A program made the position numbers and the translations under genes. The notes under the pieces were generated by a model. It searched no databases. It was not told where the DNA came from and saw only the letters and a program-made list of their open reading frames with translations. From Actinomycetota bacterium (GTDB lineage: Bacteria; Actinomycetota; UBA4738; JBBDHU01), in contig JBBDHU010000003.1 in NCBI GenBank assembly GCA_040880705.1, positions 215,476 to 279,475 on the forward strand: 64,000 nt of DNA, in the 5' to 3' direction. Position 1 is the stretch's first letter; each line of letters starts with the position of its first letter. This document shows, piece after piece, positions 18,994 through 27,768 of this stretch.

Positions 18994-19084
18994 ACGTGAA
19001 TTAGGATAAGAAGTCACCCAAGGCAACTTGGTGGAGCAGCACACCTCCGGTAACGTCGGCAATTCCTTCTGGTGGCCCTCGATC

Positions 19085-19202
19085 AGGCACCCGCATGGAC
19101 TAGTGCGGACCAATGTGGACGACCTCGCGCTCGAAGTAGGCCCGCGCGGACGCATCTGGACGGCCAAGGACGGATCCCACCCGCTCTTCAACCTGTGAGA
19201 GC
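19085..19202 (+). repeat. element arm B: 10-bp-phased GGAC repeats plus a degenerate tRNA-Sec anticodon-arm copy
   Basis: GGAC at 19097, 19107, 19117, 19148, 19158 and 19168 (spacing 10, 10, 31, 10, 10), followed by GGATCCCACCCGCTCTTCAA. Homologous to 20859..21010. Confidence 0.8.
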
Positions 19203-19243
19203 GCGAAAGCTCCCAGGCGGGTTCGATTCCCGTCCGCCTCCGC
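19203..19243 (+). repeat. 41-nt perfect direct repeat of tRNA-Sec positions 17399..17439 (attR-like)
   Basis: GCGAAAGCTCCCAGGCGGGTTCGATTCCCGTCCGCCTCCGC is identical to the variable-arm-to-3'-end part of selC. Confidence 0.9.
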
Positions 19244-19257
19244 TACGGTGAGGAAGA

Positions 19258-20226
19258 TTGCCTCGCCGGCACACGCATCGATATCATCCCGACATGGTCA
19301 CGCGGAAGGCGCGTTCGGTGATCGTCGGTACGCTGACCGCTGCACTCGTCATCGGCGGCCTCGTTGCACTTCGAGTCACCTGGAACAACCCTGACCGTTC
19401 ATCGCAAGGCAATCGCGCCCACGGAAGGATCGTTTTCGCTGCAAATGTTGCCGACAGGTGGCGGCTGTTCACGATGAACTCCGACGGCACAGAACGCCGC
19501 GAGCCGATCGGAGGCGCCGGCGGGTACTCATCGGATTGGTCACCTGATGGCAGCCACATCGTCTACGAGACTGTGGGCGGTGAGTTGTGGACGATGAATG
19601 CCGATGGAAGCAACAAACACCAGATCGTGAGAGGCAACGAACCTCTTTGGTCGCCGGATGGAAATCGCATCGTCTTCGAGAGGATGTGTAGGCCAACACG
19701 AGTTGTTTGGTTCGACAAGGGAGTGGCGGGTTCGGCAAGCTGCGTCTTCATCGTCAATTCGGACGGAAAGGATTCACATGAGCTTCTCCTGTCCAAAAAC
19801 CTGAGTGATTCGCCTATATCCTGGTTCCCAGATGGCGAACGCATTCTCCTGAGCCGCGCGAGTCGGCTCGGTACAAGTCTTTGGGAAGTAAATGCCGATG
19901 GGACGCAACCGCGGAGATTAATTCCGTGGAAGGAACCCGGTGAGGCAGGAGAGTTCTCCCTTTCCCCTAAGGGCAGCCTCCTGGCCTTCTCCAAGGGTGA
20001 AGACATATGGACAATGAGCTTGGACGGAGGCAATGAGGTACAGCTGACATCCGGTCCGGGCTACTCGAGCAACCCTGCATGGTCGCCTGATGGCGCAAGA
20101 ATTGTTTTCAGCCGGGGTGGGGACATCTGGGTTATGGACGCGAGCGGGGCTAATGAGCGTGCCGTTACCAGCAGCGGTTATCGACCGGAGGAGCTAGCTC
20201 CCGTCTGGGGCGTCGCCCCGACTTGA
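19258..20226 (+). CDS. TolB-like PD40 beta-propeller repeat protein with N-terminal TM/signal anchor
   Basis: Repeated WSPDGxxIV(F/Y) motifs (DWSPDGSHIVYE, LWSPDGNRIVFER, SWFPDGERILLSR, AWSPDGARIVFSRGGDIWVM). TTG start preceded by GAGGAAG; an alternative ATG is at 19294. Confidence 0.8.
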   Translation: MPRRHTHRYHPDMVTRKARSVIVGTLTAALVIGGLVALRVTWNNPDRSSQGNRAHGRIVFAANVADRWRLFTMNSDGTERREPIGGAGGYSSDWSPDGSHIVYETVGGELWTMNADGSNKHQIVRGNEPLWSPDGNRIVFERMCRPTRVVWFDKGVAGSASCVFIVNSDGKDSHELLLSKNLSDSPISWFPDGERILLSRASRLGTSLWEVNADGTQPRRLIPWKEPGEAGEFSLSPKGSLLAFSKGEDIWTMSLDGGNEVQLTSGPGYSSNPAWSPDGARIVFSRGGDIWVMDASGANERAVTSSGYRPEELAPVWGVAPT

Positions 20227-20247
20227 ACCCGGGTTAGCGCGCGGCCT

Positions 20248-20271
20248 GGTTCGATTCCCGTCCGCCTCCGC
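20248..20271 (+). repeat. 24-nt perfect direct repeat of the tRNA-Sec 3' end (17416..17439)
   Basis: GGTTCGATTCCCGTCCGCCTCCGC, located 22 nt after the PD40 gene stop. Confidence 0.85.
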
Positions 20272-20308
20272 TAGAGGGTGTCCGCAGGTACGCGATAATG
20301 GCGACGTC

Positions 20309-20839
20309 GTGTCCAGGAATCTCGAACGGGTTCTGACCGCCCTTCTCGTGTGTGTTGCACTACTGGTGGGCTGCACTGCCCCCGGATCATCCAAGAATGA
20401 GCAGACCACGAGCACTGACCCACGACCCTCCTCGGCGCGCATCTCGCTCACGGGAGAGGGGATGGACCTGAGCCTTCCCGATGGCGGCTTCACACAACTG
20501 TCTATCCGCGGGGTAGGCGGCAACCCCATAGCCTCAGATGATCGCGCGGAGCGCTTTGCCGGATTGAACTCGCTCCAGGAAGCATTCGAGGGGGGTCCGG
20601 TTGCAGCGGTCGCTGTGGCCGATCAACCTGCGGAGGATGGCGCCGATTCTCTGGTTCTCACGCTCGGGCGTTGCTGCCGCTACTTGGTAAACGCAAACAC
20701 TCTCGTCTTCGAGAACGTGAAGATGGTCACCGGGGATTACCCTCCAAGCCTGCAGCCATGGGTTGGCACCCGCTTCCAGACGCCTCCCGAGCGACTCGGC
20801 GGGATCACCCTTTACATAGAAACCTCCCCCGCAGGATGA
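20309..20839 (+). CDS. lipoprotein, unknown function
   Basis: MSRNLERVLTALLVCVALLVGCTAPG (lipobox LVGC). 176 aa, no other motif. Confidence 0.6.
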   Translation: MSRNLERVLTALLVCVALLVGCTAPGSSKNEQTTSTDPRPSSARISLTGEGMDLSLPDGGFTQLSIRGVGGNPIASDDRAERFAGLNSLQEAFEGGPVAAVAVADQPAEDGADSLVLTLGRCCRYLVNANTLVFENVKMVTGDYPPSLQPWVGTRFQTPPERLGGITLYIETSPAG

Positions 20840-20858
20840 CCCACGCGGCTTTGTGTTA

Positions 20859-21010
20859 GGCACCCGAGGTCCCCGAGTGTGTCGCCCGGCTCACAACGCC
20901 TAGAGAATTCGTTCATGGACCCGCGTGGACTGGCGTGGACCGCGTGGACACTTCGCGCTCGGAGTGGACTCGCGTGGACGTAGCTACCCCCGTGGACGGA
21001 TCCCACCCGC
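20859..21010 (+). repeat. element arm D: 9-10-bp-phased (C)GTGGAC repeats plus a degenerate tRNA-Sec anticodon-arm copy
   Basis: GGAC at 20917, 20927, 20937, 20946, 20966, 20976 and 20994. Begins AGGCACCCG and ends GGATCCCACCCGC, like arm B. Confidence 0.8.
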
Positions 21011-21049
21011 CTTCAAAATCGGTGTGGGGGCGAAAGCTCCCAGGCGGGT
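21011..21049 (+). repeat. 39-nt copy (1 mismatch) of the tRNA-Sec anticodon-loop-to-T-loop segment (17380..17418)
   Basis: CTTCAAAATCGGTGTGGGGGCGAAAGCTCCCAGGCGGGT. Similarity stops abruptly inside the T-loop. Confidence 0.85.
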
Positions 21050-21128
21050 CGAGCATCGGCCCGCTGATGGTTCGAATCCATCCGGGCCAGCACCGCCCTG
21101 ACGCTCTCCATCGTCGCGCGCCTCTGGG

Positions 21129-21806
21129 ATGCTTCCCGGCATGGACAAGTCTGATCCCTCGTACAAGGGGCAGTCCGGGTACAACGCGGCGATGCTCGCG
21201 ATCTACGACGTGTGGGTGCTGAAGTTCATGACGAAGGCGGTCTGGAAGGTTCCCGTGGCACCGGGCGTCGACAGATATCGACAGCACATGGGGCACCGAC
21301 ACCTCGATGTTGGGCCGGGGACCGGCTACTTCATCGAGAAGGCGGACCCGCCCCGCGGCACGGAGATCACGCTCCTAGATCCCAATCAGACCGTGCTTCG
21401 CCACGTGGCGAAGCGACTCGAGGAATGGCATCCGATCACCGTTGAGGCCGACGTCATGAAGCCCCTCCCGGTCGACGGACCGTTCGACTCCGCGGCACTC
21501 AGCTTCGTCCTTCACTGCCTTCGCGGGCCAGAGGGAAACAAGGCGCTCGCCGTTAGGAACATCGCGGATGTCCTCAGCCCGGAGGGGGTCCTCTTCGGCG
21601 GGACGGTCCTCGGCCTCGAGGGTAACCACACGAAGTCCGCGCGCGCGTTCCTGCGAGCAGCCAACAAGCAAGGGGCCTTCGACAACGTGGACGACACTGC
21701 GGAGGGGCTCCGCCGCATTCTGGAGATGTCTTTCAGCGCCGTGGATGTCGACGTCGTCGGTTCTGCGGCCCTCTTTGCTGCGGCCAGGCCACGGTCCCGC
21801 TCCTAG
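21129..21806 (+). CDS. class I SAM-dependent methyltransferase
   Basis: Motif I HLDVGPGTGYF, post-I LLDPN, motif II/III region FDSAALSFVLHCL. Confidence 0.85.
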   Translation: MLPGMDKSDPSYKGQSGYNAAMLAIYDVWVLKFMTKAVWKVPVAPGVDRYRQHMGHRHLDVGPGTGYFIEKADPPRGTEITLLDPNQTVLRHVAKRLEEWHPITVEADVMKPLPVDGPFDSAALSFVLHCLRGPEGNKALAVRNIADVLSPEGVLFGGTVLGLEGNHTKSARAFLRAANKQGAFDNVDDTAEGLRRILEMSFSAVDVDVVGSAALFAAARPRSRS

Positions 21807-21890
21807 ACGCCGCCCGGTCGCGGGCGCACAACCCCGAGGGCAGGGTTGGCTGGGCCCTCCCGCTGTGATCCGACATGGTAGAAACCGACG

Positions 21891-22340
21891 ATGAAGGACG
21901 ATGAAGCCGGCATGCCGGCTGCCGGCTCGGAAAGGGGCGGGCAATTCACCCGACTCCTTCTGCGCGTAGCGCTCACGGTGGGTGCTCTTGCGCTGACTCA
22001 GGTCGCCGCCTCAGCCGAGCGGAGTTGGGAGCGGATCGCGGCAAGAACCTTTGACTACGGCTGGGTGGGATGGATCCCTTGGCTCATCCTCTTCGCTCTT
22101 TCCGGAGCACTCTTCGGTCTCGCGATATGGCTACCTCGGCGGGCGAGCTACCACTTGAGGCCGTCCGTCTTGCTCGGCGTCCTGCCGCTCCTCTTGATCG
22201 CGTACCCGATCGCGTGGTTGAACGGCATCACTCTGCCGTTTCTCGACGAGCCGCCTCTCCACGATCAACTCGAACTGCTCGGCTTTCTCGTCGGCCTTTC
22301 GATCGCGTCGGGCTTCATGGAACCGAGGACTGCTTCCTAA
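21891..22340 (+). CDS. small integral membrane protein (paralog of 23056..23517)
   Basis: 4 TM. Shares LLRVAL..GALA, GW(I/V)PWL.LFAL.G.LFGLA(I/M)WLPRR and [12 protein letters not shown] blocks with 23056..23517. Confidence 0.55.
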   Translation: MKDDEAGMPAAGSERGGQFTRLLLRVALTVGALALTQVAASAERSWERIAARTFDYGWVGWIPWLILFALSGALFGLAIWLPRRASYHLRPSVLLGVLPLLLIAYPIAWLNGITLPFLDEPPLHDQLELLGFLVGLSIASGFMEPRTAS

Positions 22341-22349
22341 CAACTTCCC

Positions 22350-22493
22350 TCAGGCGATCGTGACCGTTCCTGGCATGCCGTAATCCCAGTGGCCGGGGGC
22401 GTGGCAGCCGAATAACAGCGCGCCGGGCCCTTCGAAGGTGTATGTCGTTGAGCGCGTGGCGCCCGCGGGCAGGCGCTGCGTGATGTTGCTCAA
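22350..22493 (-). pseudogene. cupredoxin (type-1 copper protein) C-terminal remnant
   Basis: Minus-strand frame ending TGA at 22352..22350 reads ...SNITQRLPAGATRSTTYTFEGPGALLFGCHAPGHWDYGMPGTVTIA*, containing the C-x4-H-x4-M copper-ligand loop. The frame is closed upstream by TAG (22545..22547) with no ATG or GTG start. A possible N-terminal piece (SDHTRVIEQ) sits in another frame. Confidence 0.55.
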
Positions 22494-22597
22494 TGACCCG
22501 CGTGTGATCCGACTTCGACATTGATACCTCCCTCTTGTCAGTCGCTATTGTGTCCTTCGTGGGCACCTTGCGCAGCAGGCGTCATCGTAGAGTCCAC

Positions 22598-23056
22598 ATG
22601 AGTCTCGGACGCAAGGTCGTCGTCGTCTCCATCGCGGCATTCTCCCTGGTCGCGTGTGTAAGGGGTTTCACCGGCCTGGAAGGGCGTTGGAACGTGGAGT
22701 CGCTCAACGGTCGTCAGATCCTTTACGCCGGTAGTCAAGAGCCGCTTTGGATGATCTTCCGGGGCGGGGAACTAAGCGGTTGGGAAGGCTGCAATCACTT
22801 CGGAGGGCCCTACGTCTACGAAGGTGACTCGGTAGGAGTCGCCTGGCAAATGATGACGGCGATTGGCTGCGGGCGGCGACCTGAGGAGTTCTTGGATGTG
22901 ATCCAGTCGGATCCCTTTGTGGTCACCTTCGACGATTCGGGAATGAGGATGACAATCACATCTGAGAAAGGTTCTGTAGAACTATCGAGAGACCTTTGCA
23001 CCAAGGAGAACCCCAGACACTTCGTCGAGTGGGACAAACCCGAGAAGGTCTGTTGA
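22598..23056 (+). CDS. META-domain (HslJ-like) lipoprotein, second copy
   Basis: From the ATG at 22598: MSLGRKVVVVSIAAFSLVAC (lipobox). EGRWNVESLNG...GGELSGWEGCNHFGGPYVYEG. Its stop overlaps the next start (TGATG). Confidence 0.8.
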   Translation: MSLGRKVVVVSIAAFSLVACVRGFTGLEGRWNVESLNGRQILYAGSQEPLWMIFRGGELSGWEGCNHFGGPYVYEGDSVGVAWQMMTAIGCGRRPEEFLDVIQSDPFVVTFDDSGMRMTITSEKGSVELSRDLCTKENPRHFVEWDKPEKVC

Positions 23057-23517
23057 TGGAAAAGGGTGACGCAAGCCGGCGGATCGAGACACTACGTACG
23101 CTTCTGCGAGTCGCGCTCGCGGCGGGCGCCCTGGCGATCGGTCATGTTGCGACACTGGCTCAAAGACGATGGCTGGTGATCGTAGAATACGGCGCCAACA
23201 TCGGCGTCGGGGGTTGGATTCCCTGGCTAAGCCTCTTCGCCCTGGCCGGGGGACTCTTCGGCCTTGCGATGTGGCTTCCGCGGCGGGTTGGGTACCGGTT
23301 GGGACCGCCGGTTCTGATCGGTTTCCTTCCGCTCCTCGTTCTTATCTACGCGATCGGCTACCTCGGGTACGCCCCATACTTTCTCGGATACGAAAACAGC
23401 CCGCTTCTCACCGAGGAGCCCCCGATCTACGACCAGGTCCCGCTGCTCGCCTTCCTTATCGGTCTTTCAATCGCGTCGGGTTTCATGGAAACGGGGAAGG
23501 CTTCGCGGGTACGCTAA
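23056..23517 (+). CDS. small integral membrane protein (paralog of 21891..22340)
   Basis: ATG at 23056 overlaps the META gene stop by 1 nt. Same 4-TM layout and conserved blocks as 21891..22340. Confidence 0.6.
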   Translation: MEKGDASRRIETLRTLLRVALAAGALAIGHVATLAQRRWLVIVEYGANIGVGGWIPWLSLFALAGGLFGLAMWLPRRVGYRLGPPVLIGFLPLLVLIYAIGYLGYAPYFLGYENSPLLTEEPPIYDQVPLLAFLIGLSIASGFMETGKASRVR

Positions 23518-23521
23518 CCAC

Positions 23522-25348
<1,827 letters not shown>

Positions 25349-25368
25349 CCTCCGAATAAACTGGCTGA

Positions 25369-26061
25369 GTGACCACAAGGACTCTGGCGGGCGTGCTCCT
25401 TGTAGTCGCGCCCATCTGGTTCAACATCTGGTTCGCGGTGCTCGCGCGCCGGTTCGATTACCCGGACATCCTTCGTAAGCCGATCGAGGAAATCCTCTCG
25501 CGCTTTCGAGCCGGCGGATCCGGCTTGATCCTCATCTGGTGGGCCTTTGCGGCATCCGGTGGACTGTTCGTCGCTGCAGCCGTTCTGCTTTCCATTGTGC
25601 TGTTTCCGCAGGCAAAAACGGCGTCTGTCGTCGCCCTAGTCGTTGGGGTGCTCGCCGGGCTGGTCCAGGTTCTCGGGCTTCTGCGGTGGGTCTACCTCGT
25701 GCCCTCGCTCGCGCGCGCGTACGGCGATGCGGAGGCGAGTGAGGCGACGCAGTCGGCGGTTGAAGTCACGTTTCGCGCGTTCCACCACTACTTGGGAGTC
25801 GGAGTCGGTGAGCACCTCGGCTATCTGCTGACCGGCGCTTGGACCGGCTTCGTCGGATTCGCGATCCTGACCGGCGATGCGTTGGCGCCCTGGCTCGGTT
25901 GGGTTGCGCTTCCTCTTGCCGTTGGGCTAGTTGCCGCTTCCGTTGAATTCCTCGGGCCGAACGAGGAGCGTGGGTGGGCGTTGGCCGGCAAAGCCGTCCC
26001 ACTGCTCTACATTGCGTGGTCGCTCTGGCTCCTCGCCGTGGGGCTTTCGCTAATCATCTGA
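25369..26061 (+). CDS. DUF4386-like integral membrane protein
   Basis: 230 aa, 6 TM, GTG start. Family recalled from overall pattern only. Confidence 0.5.
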   Translation: MTTRTLAGVLLVVAPIWFNIWFAVLARRFDYPDILRKPIEEILSRFRAGGSGLILIWWAFAASGGLFVAAAVLLSIVLFPQAKTASVVALVVGVLAGLVQVLGLLRWVYLVPSLARAYGDAEASEATQSAVEVTFRAFHHYLGVGVGEHLGYLLTGAWTGFVGFAILTGDALAPWLGWVALPLAVGLVAASVEFLGPNEERGWALAGKAVPLLYIAWSLWLLAVGLSLII

Positions 26062-26154
26062 GTTCGGCCCACGGCTGCTACGCGGCCTACAGAATGATGC
26101 CCAGGTGACGGGATTCGTGCGCCGAGCGCGTCGGGGCTAGTCTTTCTCCCGGCG

Positions 26155-27768
26155 ATGAGACCACAAAGTGAAGCCGAACAGGCCGCCAAGCTCCGCCTCG
26201 CCCTCAAGGCGGGGGAATTGGGGCTCTGGTCCTGGGATCCGAAGAGCGGCTCGGTCGAATGGGACGAGAAGCTCGAGGAGATATTCGGCCTTCCCCCCGG
26301 CGGCTTCGACGGCAAATACGAGACGTACCTCTCCCTACTTCACGACGACGACAGGGAATCGGTCTTGAGAGCCATCGAGGAGGCGCTCGAAACCAAGACC
26401 GGCCACCACGTCATCCACCGCATAGTCAGGCCTGGCGGAGAGATCGCATGGATGGAGGGCTGGGGCACCGTCCAACTCGACGACTCGAATGAAGTCGTGA
26501 GCTTGCTTGGCGTTGCCCGTGACGTAACCGCCCGGCAACGAGCAATCGATTCGAAGGCTCGCCTTCAAACCATCACGGACGCCGCGATCGGGCGCCTCAG
26601 CGTAGGTGACCTAACGAAGGAACTCGTCGCTCGCATCCGTGACACGATCGAAGCGGACACCGCCCGGCTCCTGCTCCTTTCTCCCGACGGCACATATCTT
26701 TCCGGAGGCGGAGCTATCGGGCCCGAGGGACCGATGGAAGACCCGGTCCCCATTCCTGTTGGCCATGGGTTCGCGGGCGGCATCGCAGCCACGAGGAGGC
26801 CCCGTCTCGTCTTCGATATTTCCTCGATCGAACTGATCGGTCCATTCCTCAAGAACGCGGGAGTCCGATCTGTCGCCGGAGTACCCGTAATAGAGGGCGG
26901 CGATCTCTTGGGAGTGCTCCACGTCGGGAGCCGCACGCCGCGCCAATTCGACGACCAGGACGTTGCCGTTCTCGAACACGCCGCCGATCGGATCGGCGTA
27001 GCGCTCCGAAGGGCGAGAGCGGAAGACAGCGTGCGCAGGACGGCCGATGCGCTGCAACGAAGCCTCCTGCCCAAGTCGGTTCCGGCGATACCGGGATTGG
27101 ACATAGCGGCCAGCTACCATTCCGCCGGCGGAGATCTCGTCGGGGGGGACTTCTACGACGTCTTTCAGGCCTCCGACACCAGTTGGTGCGTTGCGATCGG
27201 GGACGTTGAGGGAAAAGGAGTCGATGCGGCGACGATGACTTCGCTCGTTCGCCACACGATCAGGGCTGCCACCCGGTTCCACCAAAAGCCAAGCGAGATC
27301 TTGGAAACCGTCCACGAGGCCGTTCGCGAGGCGGCGACGGATACCTTCTGCACGGCGTTGATCGCCTTGGTCGAGCCTGAGAACACGATGCCGACTATCA
27401 CCTTCGCGTGCGGTGGACATCCGCTTCCCCTGCTGGTTCATGGAGACGATGCGCAGCTCGTGGGACAGCCGGGAACGCTGCTCGGATTGATCGATCCGGC
27501 CAGTGCCAGCGACACGACGCTCAACCTGTCGGATGCCGATTGGCTCCTTCTCTACACCGACGGTCTCACCGACGTGCCCCCGCCGTTCGGCCTGGACGAC
27601 GAGGCTCTGCGAGAGATGGCATCGGCTTGCACGCGAGCCACCGCCTGGGAAATCGCGGACAGCGTCGAGAAGGCGCTCGAGAACATACTGCCCTTCGAGA
27701 AACGGACCGACGACACGGCCTTCGTCGTCATCCGCCCGGTTATTCCTCCGCTTTCGACGCCTAATTAG
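26155..27768 (+). CDS. PAS-GAF-PP2C (SpoIIE-type) serine phosphatase
   Basis: PAS (GELGLWSWDPKSGSVEWDEKLEEIFG), a GAF region, and PP2C/SpoIIE motifs GGDFYDV, GDVEGKGVDAA and LLLYTDGLTD. Confidence 0.9.
   Translation: MRPQSEAEQAAKLRLALKAGELGLWSWDPKSGSVEWDEKLEEIFGLPPGGFDGKYETYLSLLHDDDRESVLRAIEEALETKTGHHVIHRIVRPGGEIAWMEGWGTVQLDDSNEVVSLLGVARDVTARQRAIDSKARLQTITDAAIGRLSVGDLTKELVARIRDTIEADTARLLLLSPDGTYLSGGGAIGPEGPMEDPVPIPVGHGFAGGIAATRRPRLVFDISSIELIGPFLKNAGVRSVAGVPVIEGGDLLGVLHVGSRTPRQFDDQDVAVLEHAADRIGVALRRARAEDSVRRTADALQRSLLPKSVPAIPGLDIAASYHSAGGDLVGGDFYDVFQASDTSWCVAIGDVEGKGVDAATMTSLVRHTIRAATRFHQKPSEILETVHEAVREAATDTFCTALIALVEPENTMPTITFACGGHPLPLLVHGDDAQLVGQPGTLLGLIDPASASDTTLNLSDADWLLLYTDGLTDVPPPFGLDDEALREMASACTRATAWEIADSVEKALENILPFEKRTDDTAFVVIRPVIPPLSTPN

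Larger units (their letters stand above)
17440..21049 (+). mobile_element. degenerate tandem integrative-element remnants / cassette-like blocks at the 3' end of selC (no recombinase present)
   Basis: Bounded and subdivided by direct copies of the tRNA-Sec 3' half. Visibly more AT-rich than the flanks. Cargo is orphan or surface-type proteins. Confidence 0.5.

Noticed and set aside
19091-20997. GGAC/GTGGAC repeat clusters as a possible CRISPR array or minisatellite
   Set aside because: The units are 6-9 nt at about 10-bp spacing, with no 25-40-nt repeats, no unique spacers and no cas genes. They fit protein-binding-site arrays better.
18889-21302. Minus-strand ORFs 18889..19191 and 20913..21302, which both contain GWDPS and span the GGAC arms
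   Set aside because: The shared peptide merely reflects the shared DNA repeat (GGATCCCACC). The compositions are non-coding-like, there are no starts with SD, and they run across tRNA fragments.
17440-23517. Search for an integrase, excisionase, transposase, relaxase or phage genes in the accessory region (and the rest of the window)
   Set aside because: None found. No R..HxxR..Y tyrosine-recombinase, DDE or serine-recombinase motifs appear in any frame of reasonable length. The excisionase-fold HTH at 15705 is paired with a PIN toxin.
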